Source: Desulfatiglandales bacterium (GTDB lineage Bacteria; Desulfobacterota; DSM-4660; Desulfatiglandales; Desulfatiglandaceae). Taken from it: 64,000 nt of DNA. The stretch is taken from the NCBI GenBank assembly GCA_963662465.1, contig OY759599.1, positions 3,712,001-3,776,000 on the forward strand. Direction: 5' to 3'. Both the position numbers and the translations under genes were made by a program. Shown one piece after another: positions 10,292 through 20,421 of the stretch; position 1 is the stretch's first letter, and each line of letters begins with the position of its first letter. The notes under the pieces are model-generated. The model did not search any database, was not told the origin of the DNA, and saw nothing but the letters and a program-made list of their open reading frames with translations.

Positions 10292-11134
10292 ATGACTGAT
10301 CATGAAACATTTCTTCGGGATGCCGGAGAAAGCCTCAACGAAATCGTCAAACCCTATCAGGTAGAAATCAATCGACGGCAGCGAATGGCCGATTTTATCA
10401 AAACCTGCATGCGATGCACAGACAGAAATGACTTTCTTCAACTGGATGAACTGTTAAAAACCAAAATGGCCGGGGATATCCGGGAAGAAGCAGGTCTTAA
10501 TGAAAGCAGCGCCATTTTCCAAAACCTGAGCGAATACGCCAATGAGCAGGTGGATCGCTACCGAATTGAATTCATTGAAGATCTCACGGATCGGGCACGG
10601 GAAGCAAACCTTGAAATGACCATCGACTTTCCCCGATTCCATTCATTGAAGGGAATTGACGGCGAAATCGATTTTTCCAGTCGCGCCACCACCATCAACG
10701 GGAAACGCCTCAAATCCATTGACCCCAGGCGTATTGTGACAGCCCTGCTCCGTTTAAAAAAACAGCTCTATGACCGCCCCTATGACCCCCGGACCTTCAT
10801 TGACGGCCTGTTTGCCATCTACAATGAGATTCTGGACAAGGAAAAACTGCCCCCGGGCGCCAAGATCCCGGCCCAGCGTCTTTATCTGGATTATGTGATT
10901 TCCCTGCAAAATAAATCCTTTTTTCAGAACATGGACAAGGGCAAATTCCGGGGTTACAGCGGCGACCAGTTCAATGTGGACCTGTGGCGCTATTTTCAGG
11001 CGGGCATTGAAGGAACATCCAGCGGCCATGTGCTTAGAACGACGCCGGGAAGAATCAGCGCCCTGTGGCTCATTGACAGCGATGGCGAAAAACGCCGCAT
11101 CAGCGGCATATCATTCGAGGAGAAAGACGCCTGA
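10292..11134 (+). CDS. Hypothetical protein, first gene of the candidate defence operon
   Basis: 280-aa ORF whose stop overlaps the next start (TGATG). Confidence 0.75.
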   Translation: MTDHETFLRDAGESLNEIVKPYQVEINRRQRMADFIKTCMRCTDRNDFLQLDELLKTKMAGDIREEAGLNESSAIFQNLSEYANEQVDRYRIEFIEDLTDRAREANLEMTIDFPRFHSLKGIDGEIDFSSRATTINGKRLKSIDPRRIVTALLRLKKQLYDRPYDPRTFIDGLFAIYNEILDKEKLPPGAKIPAQRLYLDYVISLQNKSFFQNMDKGKFRGYSGDQFNVDLWRYFQAGIEGTSSGHVLRTTPGRISALWLIDSDGEKRRISGISFEEKDA

Positions 11135-12435
11135 TGACCCCACAACAGATGGAACAGTTAAAGCCTTTCGAGGCGCGGGCCATTATCGAGGAACTGAGAA
11201 AAGGCAGCGTTCCCGCGGATTACGTGCCCTTCTTTACGGTGGGACGGGAAAACTGGCTCACCTTTATCGAGGACGATCTGGATAACTACATCGCCGAAGG
11301 CGGCGCCAAGGTCCGTTTTCTGAGCGGCGATTACGGGGACGGCAAAACCCATTTCATGTCCGTGATCCGCCACCTGGCCCTTCAAAAGGGTTTTGCCGTA
11401 TCCTTTGTGGTCTTGACCCGGGAAGTGCCCATCCACAAATTCGAGGCGGTTTATCAGGCCATCGTGAAACAGCTCCGCGGCCGATTTGGGGGGATCGGCA
11501 TCCACCCGCTGCTGGACGACTATGTGACTGAAGCGGTGAAAGGGCTGGCGCTTGAAGACGGTTCCCCCTCTTTGGAAAAGCTGGCCGGCCTCTCGGACGA
11601 AATTCGCGCCCTTCCCGGCATGGACATCAATTTCGCCAACGGCATCATCGCCCTGTTGAACAACCGCTTGCAGCCCCTTTCAGAAGGAGAATCGCGGGAA
11701 GAGCGGGACAATGCCCGCGAGGTACTCTATCTCTGGTTTGAAGGCGGGAAGGTCGCCAAAAAAGATCTCAAGCCCTTTCATATCTTTGAGGTCATCAACA
11801 AGAGCAACAGCAAGAACTTCCTGAACGCACTGGTGGCATTTCTGCGCTTTGGGGGATATCAGGGGTTGATCCTTCTCATGGACGAGCTGGAAACCGTAAT
11901 CAGCCAGGGCAAGTCCATTCGCGGGGCAGCCTATGAAAATGTCAGACTGCTCATCGACAACACGGAACAGGCGGGCTTTCTGCACATCTTTTTTTCCATC
12001 ATTCCCGATATTCTGGAATCGGAAAAGGGATTCAAGTCCTATGACGCCCTTTGGAGCCGGGTTCGGTCCATCGGCGAAAACAAGCGGCTCAACTATCGCG
12101 GGGTCCTCATCGACCTCCACCGAACTCCGCTAAAAACCGGTGAACTGACGGCCCTGGGCAAAACCCTTCGGACCATTCATGGCATCTCTTACCGGTGGGA
12201 CGCGGAAGAACGCATCCCGGACAATCTCCTTGCGGATATCTGCAAAAACCAGAAAAAAATGGGTGTTTTGAGCGAAGTGCGGCTTTTCGTGAAACAGGTA
12301 ATCCGCATCCTGGACATGGGGGAGCAGGGTGATGACGCCATGGACGAACTGGACCTCACAGCCCAGATGGTTCAAAGCCAGGACGAAATGGAAAGAGAAA
12401 AAGTAGAACACCTGGAACCCAAATGGGATTCGTAA
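11134..12435 (+). CDS. BrxD-like (DUF2791) P-loop ATPase
   Basis: N-terminal 'IIEELRKGSVP...VGRE', Walker A GDYGDGKTH, Walker B LILLMDELE, 'KSYDALWSR'. Confidence 0.8.
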   Translation: MTPQQMEQLKPFEARAIIEELRKGSVPADYVPFFTVGRENWLTFIEDDLDNYIAEGGAKVRFLSGDYGDGKTHFMSVIRHLALQKGFAVSFVVLTREVPIHKFEAVYQAIVKQLRGRFGGIGIHPLLDDYVTEAVKGLALEDGSPSLEKLAGLSDEIRALPGMDINFANGIIALLNNRLQPLSEGESREERDNAREVLYLWFEGGKVAKKDLKPFHIFEVINKSNSKNFLNALVAFLRFGGYQGLILLMDELETVISQGKSIRGAAYENVRLLIDNTEQAGFLHIFFSIIPDILESEKGFKSYDALWSRVRSIGENKRLNYRGVLIDLHRTPLKTGELTALGKTLRTIHGISYRWDAEERIPDNLLADICKNQKKMGVLSEVRLFVKQVIRILDMGEQGDDAMDELDLTAQMVQSQDEMEREKVEHLEPKWDS

Positions 12436-12453
12436 AGCGGCAAAACCGCAGTT

Positions 12454-12996
12454 TCAAGTTTTGAGTTTTGAGTTTTGGGTTTTCGCGACGCTGAATACGG
12501 AAGAATGCATTTGCAAAAGTGTGTTCAAAGGTAAAAACAGTTTTAAAGAATGGTCGGACAACGGAATAAAACCAAAGTTCGAATAGTACTCTTTTGCACC
12601 TTGGTTCTTGGCATCCACAAATAATCCGATAATACCGACATTCTCCGAAATATGAATGACCCGCTTCATGGCATTGATCATCATGTGTTTACCAATACCC
12701 TGCCTTTGAAGTCTTTTGGCAACGGCGAGACGAGCAATCTTAACTGCTGGAAGGTTTCCTTTATATTTTTTTGCAAATTTGCGGGGCAGTTTCTCTGCGG
12801 AAACTTCAAAAACGGAAAGCGTATAATACCCCAGAATTTCTTCTGGAACAATACTGCCGGTCAATACGAATGTTCGGGAGAGCCCTTTCATAAGATTTTG
12901 CCGGGCAAGGTTTTTAAGAAACTCATTCAGCTCTTTCACGCCGCAGTCAAAGCCTGCTCTATTATGTGAACGGTTCAGCCCTTCAAACCTGTTCAT
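12454..12996 (-). CDS. GNAT acetyltransferase toxin (TacT/AtaT-like)
   Basis: FDCG...LNEFL, ILGYYTL, PAVKIARLAV...QRQGIG, VDAKN...FGF. Confidence 0.88.
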   Translation of the reverse strand: MNRFEGLNRSHNRAGFDCGVKELNEFLKNLARQNLMKGLSRTFVLTGSIVPEEILGYYTLSVFEVSAEKLPRKFAKKYKGNLPAVKIARLAVAKRLQRQGIGKHMMINAMKRVIHISENVGIIGLFVDAKNQGAKEYYSNFGFIPLSDHSLKLFLPLNTLLQMHSSVFSVAKTQNSKLKT

Positions 12997-13270
12997 TCCC
13001 GAATTCCTTTTTATAGGCTTGAGCAGCTTCCATCAACCGGTCATTCGGCTGCGGTGGATTTTCAACGGCTTCAAATATTTTCTCCGCGTCGCGGAGCGTC
13101 AAATTCAATACCCACTCCCGTTCCAAAACTGAATTGGCTTTCTCCAATGCCGATTGCACAACAAACTGATTTAAAGTTGCCCCTGACAAGGCTGCCGCGC
13201 TTATCAGTTTTTCATGGACATGAGAAGGCATTCTGGTTTGAAATCTTTTTTCTGCTATTGCCATTGTCAC
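12983..13270 (-). CDS. DUF1778 RHH antitoxin (TacA/AtaR-like)
   Basis: 'AAALSGATLNQFVVQSALEKA...NPPQPNDRL'; overlaps the toxin start; upstream palindrome GACAA-CAT-TTGTC (~13336-13348). Confidence 0.88.
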   Translation of the reverse strand: MTMAIAEKRFQTRMPSHVHEKLISAAALSGATLNQFVVQSALEKANSVLEREWVLNLTLRDAEKIFEAVENPPQPNDRLMEAAQAYKKEFGNEQV

Positions 13271-13430
13271 CTCCTAAACTTTGATTAGAGCGTTTATCAA
13301 CCGTTGAGGAATGAATAACATATTTGTGCCAAAATGACAACATTTGTCGGATGAACGATTGGAATTGTCCCCTCACCCGTAATATGTTATAGGAGTCCAA
13401 CATTGTCGGAAATCACCAGAAAATTGGAAT

Positions 13431-14651
13431 TTGAATGTGGACCTTCAATCTTTAAAAAACACAATCCAACAGGAACCTAATTTCACCCTCAGGCGCGCCA
13501 TTGAACGTCTGCGGGAAGGGATATTCGATCCCTTCGCAATCCGATTGCTCACCGCCCGGGAGGAACAACTGGCTCAAGCCTTTGAGCGGGGATTTGCCTC
13601 CCCCAGGGACAACTTTTTCCCCCATCTTTGCATCCGCGGCAATTACGGGCAGGGGAAAAGCCACTCCCTGGCCTATCTTCAGGAAAAAGCGCTGAAGGAC
13701 GGGTTTGCGACCAGCATGATCAACCTCGATCCCCGGGAGGTCCCCTTTCACGATTTCAGAGGGGTATACCGGGAACTCCTGACCCAAATTCACTTTCCGG
13801 ACCATGAGGGGACCTTTTTTTCAAAATGGAAATCCTGGTCGGAAGAGAACCAACCCCTCATTCACCTGCCGGATGAAATGCCGCATTTTTTCAAGGCCAT
13901 GCTGACGGCCGCGGCCAACAAAACCATTCCGCTTTCCGACAAACAAAAGACCCTTAAAAAGCACCGGCAATACCATCCCCGGGAGTTTCCCTTTCTTCTC
14001 AAACGCGCCCTGTCAGGGGCCGTTGTACCGGTATGCCGATTGAAAAATGCCTGCAAGTACCGCGATGTCGAATTTTACAAGGACGCGCCCCTGAAATGCA
14101 CGGACCCCCATGACTACCTCACACAGATATTCTGTCTGGCAACCCTTTTTAAACACATGGGCTACAAGGGGTGGGTGGTTCTCTTTGATGAAGGCGAATC
14201 CATTGCGCAAACCCGGGTGACTTGCAGATCCAAAAGCTATCAGTTCCTTCACCGGTTATTTCTTCACAACCGCTCGCTTACGGGACTTTATCCGATCTTT
14301 GCCTTTACCGACGATTTTTTCTTTCGCGTCAAAGCGGAAGCTTACGATCGTATTCGGGTCACTAAAAAAGGGGAATTCCCCTGCTTTGACATGAACTACG
14401 CCCATGCATGGGAAAACCTGGGCGTCCACCAACTCCATGATTTGTCCGAAAAAGAATGGGGGGAATTGACCCGGAAACTCCTCTTGCTTCACATGGGGGC
14501 CTATACATGGGTCCCCGAAAACGGCCACATTCAAGGGGAAATGGAAACGGTTCTGGCGCAAACCCTCAACCGGGAAACCCGCGCAAGGATGCAATCCCTG
14601 GTCAACCAACTGGATATGGCCCACCAGGAACAGGTGCTGCACCTGACATAG
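13431..14651 (+). CDS. Second BrxD-like (DUF2791) P-loop ATPase
   Basis: 'RAIERLREG', Walker A GNYGQGKSH, 'DPREVPF', Walker B WVVLFDEGE. Confidence 0.75.
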   Translation: MNVDLQSLKNTIQQEPNFTLRRAIERLREGIFDPFAIRLLTAREEQLAQAFERGFASPRDNFFPHLCIRGNYGQGKSHSLAYLQEKALKDGFATSMINLDPREVPFHDFRGVYRELLTQIHFPDHEGTFFSKWKSWSEENQPLIHLPDEMPHFFKAMLTAAANKTIPLSDKQKTLKKHRQYHPREFPFLLKRALSGAVVPVCRLKNACKYRDVEFYKDAPLKCTDPHDYLTQIFCLATLFKHMGYKGWVVLFDEGESIAQTRVTCRSKSYQFLHRLFLHNRSLTGLYPIFAFTDDFFFRVKAEAYDRIRVTKKGEFPCFDMNYAHAWENLGVHQLHDLSEKEWGELTRKLLLLHMGAYTWVPENGHIQGEMETVLAQTLNRETRARMQSLVNQLDMAHQEQVLHLT

Positions 14652-14668
14652 ACCCCGGCCATAACATA

Positions 14669-17600
14669 TTGGATTCTCCACTCCTCAAGCTCCCGAATAC
14701 CTTTCGCGCCTTTTACGGGGCCTTTCCGTCGCTCTTCCCCTTTCAGGTTCGGGCCATTGAACCGATCCTTCAGGGCAAAGACCTGATCCTTCAATCCGGA
14801 ACCGGTTCCGGCAAAACCGAAGCGGTTCTAGCCCCCTGCCTTGAACGGATTTTCATGTCCAACGGCATGGACCGCCTGGTTTATGTGGTACCCACCCGCG
14901 CCCTGGCCTTTGATCTGAAACGCCGGTTTGCCCCCATCATCACCCCGCGCCTGGGCCTGGGTCTGGGAGTCCGCACCGGCGATATCAAAAGATCCGGCGG
15001 TAGAACCCCGCACATCATGATCACCACGCCCGAATCCCTGGACGTACTTCTGGGGAGCCGGAACCCCGAACTCAGAAAATTTGCTTCCCAGGTGCGCATG
15101 GCCGTCATCGACGAAGTCCACCCCCTGGTACACCAGTATCGGGGCCGCCACCTGGCCCTGGTGCTGAAACGACTTGAACGCCGAAGCGGCGGGCCCTTGC
15201 AGAAAATCGCCCTATCCGCCACCATCGCCGATATGGAATCCATCGCCCGGTTTTTTGATTTTTCGGCCACGGCAAGTCGCATTTCCGAAGACGTGCGCAA
15301 GGAAATTGTACCCCACCTGGTTCACCTCAAAAATGAAGCGGAAGAACTCACAGCCCTTTTTGACGACCTCTACCGTTTTTTCGGATACCGAAAAATCCTG
15401 CTCTTTGCCAACAGCCGCAGCGCCTGCGACCGATTGTTTGCCCTGCTGGGTCAACAGGGACGTTTCAGTGGGGCCTGCGGCCTTCACTATTCCAATCTCA
15501 AACCCAAGCAACGACGAGCCGTTGAACGGAACTTTCGCAAAAACCCCCATGCCCTGTGCGTGGCCACCAGCACCCTTGAACTGGGAATTGACGTGGGCGA
15601 TGTGGACGCGGTGGTGTTGTATGAACCCCCGGACTCGGTTTCCGCCTTTCTGCAACGTATCGGCCGCGCCAACCGACGGGTTCAAAAAACATTTTTCTGG
15701 GGCATCTGCCGAGGCGCAAAAGCCGGTGAACAGTTGACCCGTTTCTTAGGCCTTCTCGCCCTGGCGGAACGGGGAAAAGTGGAAAGGCCGCTGCCGCGAA
15801 AATTGCGCAGCGTTCTAGGCCAGCAGATCGTCAGTTGCATTTATGAAAAACAGCGCATAACGCCCAGCGCCATGAAAGATCTGTTCCCGGAAGAAAGCCC
15901 GGCACTGGATGAAATTTTTAAAACCATGGAAAAAACGGGCTGGTTGACGAAAGGACCCGTCAACGGTCTGTTCCGGGGCGGATGGCAGTACACCAACTGT
16001 CTCTTTGAATACGGCATATGGAGCAATTTCCCGCCGGCCGAAGAAGACTACGCGCTGGAGTTGTCCCAAAAGACCATCGCCGATATCCCGCGGGCGGTAG
16101 TGGCGCAACTGGAACCGGGTGACCGGGTCAATCTGGCGGGAAAAAGACTCTTAATTACTGAAATCATCCATGCCCGGAGCGCAGGGCGGGTTCTGGCCGT
16201 CCCATCGGCCCGCACGGACAGCAAGGAAATATTCTGGCTGGGCCCCGGACAACAGGTTTCATATGAAGTAGCCCAATCCGTTCGGGAGATCCTCAAGGGT
16301 TCGGGAGTTGATGAAAAAGGGCTCTTTTCGCGAACGCGCACTCTACTTCAAAAGGAGCGGAAAAAAACCCAAAAGGCCGTCATCCTCAAAAACGGCATCG
16401 AGGTCATCTTAAGCCCCAACGGCTTTTACCGGTATCTGACCTATATGGGCTCCGTGGGCAACCTCATCCTGCGCTGGACCCTCCAACACAGCTTGTACAC
16501 ATCCGGGGAGGAAGATGTGTTTGTGGCCTCCGACGCCCTCGGCGTAGATTGTTCACACTGGATTGATTTCAGCAAACTGCGACTGCCCCTGGTAAAAAAG
16601 GATCTGATCACATGGACGGAACAGAACTTCAAACTGCTTAAGGCGTCATTTCCCTTGAACCGGTTTTGCAGCACCCTGCCCAAAGAACTTCATATGGCGG
16701 AAATGGCGGATTTTCTCTTCGATGAGCGCGTAATGAACGTCTTTTTGCATTATCGTGAAAGTTCTTCCGAGATCCTCTCAGGCAACCCGGGACTTCTTGA
16801 ACGGGGGCACAGTGGGGGAGATACCCCCGATCCCGTTGAAATACCGGCAAGGGGCGAACCGCTTCTTGAAGTGGAAAAAAACCGTGTGAAGTTCACTCCG
16901 GAAATCTCCCTCGATTGCGCAACCCACACCAACCGGCCGCTCACCGGCAGCATTCTGGCGGGGTATTTCAGGCACCTTCAGTGCGAGCGCTTTTTGCGCC
17001 TTCATTTTGTTCCGGTTCACCATCAGCCCCCATCCCCACCCCCACTTGACAAGGAAGCGGCAGATAAACGCATTCATGAGGGCCGTCAGTTTGAAAAAAC
17101 CGTTATGGTCCATTTACAAAACAATGGCGCAACCGTGGTCCAAATACCCGAAAAAGACGTCAATGGAAATTTCAGATCCATGGCAGTACGGCATCGGGAA
17201 ACCGTTGATAGCCTGACAAAATTGCTGCAAATACCGCTCGGGGAAAACGCCGCCCCTCATTATCTTTCCCAGGGTGTACTCCTTAACCCCCCCCTGTTCC
17301 AGGATGTGGATGGCATAGGCATTCCCGATCTCATTCGATTTTCACGGGAAAAGGGAACGTATCTCCTTACGGTGGGAGAAATCAAAAACAGCCAGGCCCC
17401 TCAGTTTCACCACAAGTGGCAGGCGGCCTTCTATGCCTTCCTGCTCAAAAAAATGACGGCATCGTTAAAAATTCATGAACCCGTCGTCATTTCAAACCGG
17501 GGATTTCTGGTATTGCCCGCTCAAAAAAAATCGGAAAAAATGGTGGAACACGAGTTTGATTTGCATCCGTATCTGGCGGCTTTCCCGGCATTGATTCAAA

Positions 17601-20371
17601 ATCTGGAGACCGTCATCTCAAAAAATGCCCGAGAAGCAGGGTTTCAGCTCAAGCGCCATTGCGTGTACTGCCAATGGTTCAACTTCTGCTATCAAGAGGC
17701 CCTGAACCGGGAAGACCTCCAGTTTCTGCCAAATCTGAGCCCCGGACAACTGGATCAACTCAGAGCGCTGGATCTCAAATGCATGGATACGGCCAAGCAG
17801 TGGCTGGAGACCCCACAGGTCAATCCGACCTCCATGGCGCCCCGCACGCTCGAACAGCTGAAAGCCGGCATCAATGCCTTCTCAAACCATCACATTTTGT
17901 TTAAAAATAAGGTTACGCAACTTTTCCCAGCCAACATCTCAACATCCATAATTCTCTCTGCAATTCCCAAACCACTGCCGCATCACCCGACCCTGGGACT
18001 TTTCATTGCGGACGACAAAGGCAATGGCTCAACCGTTCACATTTGGAAAATGCAAACGGGCGGCAACAACGAAGAATCGGAATGGCATGATTTCGCAAAC
18101 ACCTTTTTTGCCATCTGGAAGCAATCGATGGAAAGCGGCAAAGGACCCCATGTGTTTTCCTTTGGCGGTAGAACCCCATCCCTGCTGCTCAAATGGGCAG
18201 GGGAGATGGGAAAACCGACACAATATGAATGGATCACGGACATGGTCCAAAACCATTGGACAGATCTCGCACGGGTTTTCAGAAACCATTTTACCCTCCC
18301 CATTCCCGGGGAACTCACCCTGCATTCCCTGCATCATGTTCTGGGGCTTACGCCTGCCCTCAAAAAGCCCCCCAGTCTATTTCACGGGGACCGGCACGAT
18401 ATGGATCCGAAAGAGACACTGCTTTTCTGCGACAACCTGCGAAAATGGCTCATGGCACGCCTCACCAGCAGCCGGCAACAGGAGGAATGGAAAACGGGGA
18501 AGGAACAAGAAGACCCATCCCAGACCTATATTCAGTTCGTGAAAGGGGAGCAGCGGTTAAGGCAGGAAGACATCCTGTCTCTCCGAGAATACTCCCTGAA
18601 AGAACGAGTGGATCGCTTTCGCGCCATGGGACCGCTTCGCTTTACGGGAAAAGAACTGGATCATGAAGGGAAATTCCGATACAACTTCGCCGCAACCCCT
18701 GATCACGGCAAATCCAAATTCCGGGAAGGGGATTTCTTAAAACTGGCGTCTCCGGGGATGCACGACCTTCAAAACGGGTTTTCCGTTATCCTGAACCGCT
18801 ATGCGCCAATGGATCAAACCCTGTCCATCGCCTCCCGACAGGGACACCTGGCCTTGAACCGAAGCATTGAATACTCCCTGGAAGAGGACGCGGAAGACTG
18901 GAACACTCCCAAACTGCTCCACGCGGTCAAAACCGTGCTGGGCAACAATGAGCATCCAGTTTCACGAATGTTGCAGCGTGATCCCACCGGCGCACAGCAT
19001 CAAAGTTCCTCCTCCTGGATACGGACATGGCTCGTACAAAACAGTGCCATCATCGGGCTTAATACCGCACAGAAGCAGGCCATGGAACTCCCTTTCTCCC
19101 AGAACTTAGGCCTCATCGACGGTCCTCCCGGAACCGGCAAAACCCATCTCCTGGGCTGGATGCTGATCGCGCTTATCCTTCACGCCCATGAATCGGGGAA
19201 ACCCCTGCGTATTGCGATCTCCGCCCTGACCCACCAGGCCATCGACAACGCCCTTATGAAGGTTTCGCGCTTGCTGAAACAATTCAAACTTCACGGCTTT
19301 CCCGCGAAATTGATTAAATGGGGCAGTCCCCATGAACCCGGGGAAAGAAACAATCCTTTCAGCGTTGAAACATCCAATGATCCCGAAGATATTTTCAGTT
19401 GCCGACATCTGATCCTCGGCGCTACCGGATACGGACTTTACCACCTTTGTGACAGCCGAAACGGCAATTTTCCACTGTATTTTGACTGGATGGCATTAGA
19501 TGAGGCATCTCAGATGCTGATTCCCCAGGCGGCACTGACACTGGCCTATGGAAAGGGGCATTATCTTCTTTTGGGAGATATCAAACAATTGCCTCCCATT
19601 GTTCTGGGCCATAATGAAAGGGAAGACACAGCACTCATTTCATCGAACCCAAATCCCCTGGAAGTTCAAAAATCCATTCTTGAGCATCTCTTAGGACATT
19701 ATGGCGCCGAACATCGTGTCCGTCTGAACGTCACCTACCGAATGAACCGCGAACTCTGTCAATTTCCAAGCCGCACCTGGTACGACGGCATCCTTCATCC
19801 CGCCCCCGAAAACGCCGGATTGCGACTTGCGTTGAAGGAGGAACTCTCCCACGACGAAATAGACCAACTGATCGACCCGGAGCGCCCCGCGGTCCTCGCG
19901 ATCCTAAATCACCACCATCACCACCAGGAATGCGAACCGGAAGCCGACATCATCTCCCGCATCGCCTTCCGAATGATCACCCATTTCGGCGTTTCACCAG
20001 AGCAGATCGCCCTGATCTCCCCCCATCGCGCCCAGAACAACCTGATCTCCGTCCGTCTTTCCGGACTGCTTGAGGGAACGAACTGCAAACTTCCTCTCAT
20101 TGATACGGTGGAGCGTGTTCAGGGGGCGGAACGGGACGTAATCATTTTCGGGTTCACCACATCGGACCGGGATCATGTGACATCCGCCTTCTTAAATAAT
20201 CCCAACCGCTTTAATGTGGTCATAACCAGAGCCAGGAAAAAGCTCATCGTAATCAGCGGCAATGCTTTTTTCTCCAGCATTCCAAATCGAGAAAAAAACC
20301 TTGATCGCAATGCCTGCTTCAAGGAATTCCATGAGTACTGCAATAAAAAGGGAAGCCTCTTTTTTCTTTGA
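14669..20371 (+). CDS. ~1900-aa fusion: Lhr-like SF2 helicase + Fe-S PD-(D/E)xK (RecB/Cas4/TM0106-like) nuclease + degenerate RNase H-like + DNA2/UPF1-like SF1 helicase
   Basis: SF2: GTGSGKT, TPESLD, DEVH, SAT, ATSTLELGID, QRIGR. Nuclease: C...PD...EIK...QxxxY...CVYCQWFNFC. SF1: GPPGTGKT, DEASQ, GDIKQLPP, YRM, TVERVQG, NVVITRAR. Start uncertain (ORF opens at 14456; TTG at 14669 follows the upstream stop). Confidence 0.85.
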   Translation: MDSPLLKLPNTFRAFYGAFPSLFPFQVRAIEPILQGKDLILQSGTGSGKTEAVLAPCLERIFMSNGMDRLVYVVPTRALAFDLKRRFAPIITPRLGLGLGVRTGDIKRSGGRTPHIMITTPESLDVLLGSRNPELRKFASQVRMAVIDEVHPLVHQYRGRHLALVLKRLERRSGGPLQKIALSATIADMESIARFFDFSATASRISEDVRKEIVPHLVHLKNEAEELTALFDDLYRFFGYRKILLFANSRSACDRLFALLGQQGRFSGACGLHYSNLKPKQRRAVERNFRKNPHALCVATSTLELGIDVGDVDAVVLYEPPDSVSAFLQRIGRANRRVQKTFFWGICRGAKAGEQLTRFLGLLALAERGKVERPLPRKLRSVLGQQIVSCIYEKQRITPSAMKDLFPEESPALDEIFKTMEKTGWLTKGPVNGLFRGGWQYTNCLFEYGIWSNFPPAEEDYALELSQKTIADIPRAVVAQLEPGDRVNLAGKRLLITEIIHARSAGRVLAVPSARTDSKEIFWLGPGQQVSYEVAQSVREILKGSGVDEKGLFSRTRTLLQKERKKTQKAVILKNGIEVILSPNGFYRYLTYMGSVGNLILRWTLQHSLYTSGEEDVFVASDALGVDCSHWIDFSKLRLPLVKKDLITWTEQNFKLLKASFPLNRFCSTLPKELHMAEMADFLFDERVMNVFLHYRESSSEILSGNPGLLERGHSGGDTPDPVEIPARGEPLLEVEKNRVKFTPEISLDCATHTNRPLTGSILAGYFRHLQCERFLRLHFVPVHHQPPSPPPLDKEAADKRIHEGRQFEKTVMVHLQNNGATVVQIPEKDVNGNFRSMAVRHRETVDSLTKLLQIPLGENAAPHYLSQGVLLNPPLFQDVDGIGIPDLIRFSREKGTYLLTVGEIKNSQAPQFHHKWQAAFYAFLLKKMTASLKIHEPVVISNRGFLVLPAQKKSEKMVEHEFDLHPYLAAFPALIQNLETVISKNAREAGFQLKRHCVYCQWFNFCYQEALNREDLQFLPNLSPGQLDQLRALDLKCMDTAKQWLETPQVNPTSMAPRTLEQLKAGINAFSNHHILFKNKVTQLFPANISTSIILSAIPKPLPHHPTLGLFIADDKGNGSTVHIWKMQTGGNNEESEWHDFANTFFAIWKQSMESGKGPHVFSFGGRTPSLLLKWAGEMGKPTQYEWITDMVQNHWTDLARVFRNHFTLPIPGELTLHSLHHVLGLTPALKKPPSLFHGDRHDMDPKETLLFCDNLRKWLMARLTSSRQQEEWKTGKEQEDPSQTYIQFVKGEQRLRQEDILSLREYSLKERVDRFRAMGPLRFTGKELDHEGKFRYNFAATPDHGKSKFREGDFLKLASPGMHDLQNGFSVILNRYAPMDQTLSIASRQGHLALNRSIEYSLEEDAEDWNTPKLLHAVKTVLGNNEHPVSRMLQRDPTGAQHQSSSSWIRTWLVQNSAIIGLNTAQKQAMELPFSQNLGLIDGPPGTGKTHLLGWMLIALILHAHESGKPLRIAISALTHQAIDNALMKVSRLLKQFKLHGFPAKLIKWGSPHEPGERNNPFSVETSNDPEDIFSCRHLILGATGYGLYHLCDSRNGNFPLYFDWMALDEASQMLIPQAALTLAYGKGHYLLLGDIKQLPPIVLGHNEREDTALISSNPNPLEVQKSILEHLLGHYGAEHRVRLNVTYRMNRELCQFPSRTWYDGILHPAPENAGLRLALKEELSHDEIDQLIDPERPAVLAILNHHHHHQECEPEADIISRIAFRMITHFGVSPEQIALISPHRAQNNLISVRLSGLLEGTNCKLPLIDTVERVQGAERDVIIFGFTTSDRDHVTSAFLNNPNRFNVVITRARKKLIVISGNAFFSSIPNREKNLDRNACFKEFHEYCNKKGSLFFL

Positions 20372-20421
20372 TAGTTTTCATGGGGGGCACAAAACGGAAC
20401 AGCTCTGCCAAGAGCCTTACC

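Noticed and set aside
14456..14668. N-terminal extension of the giant helicase ORF
   Set aside because: Overlaps the upstream ATPase in another frame and is low-complexity; a later start is more plausible
10292..20371. Calling the locus a canonical BREX or CRISPR-Cas4 system
   Set aside because: No pglX, pglZ or brxC, and no cas1, cas2 or CRISPR array in the window
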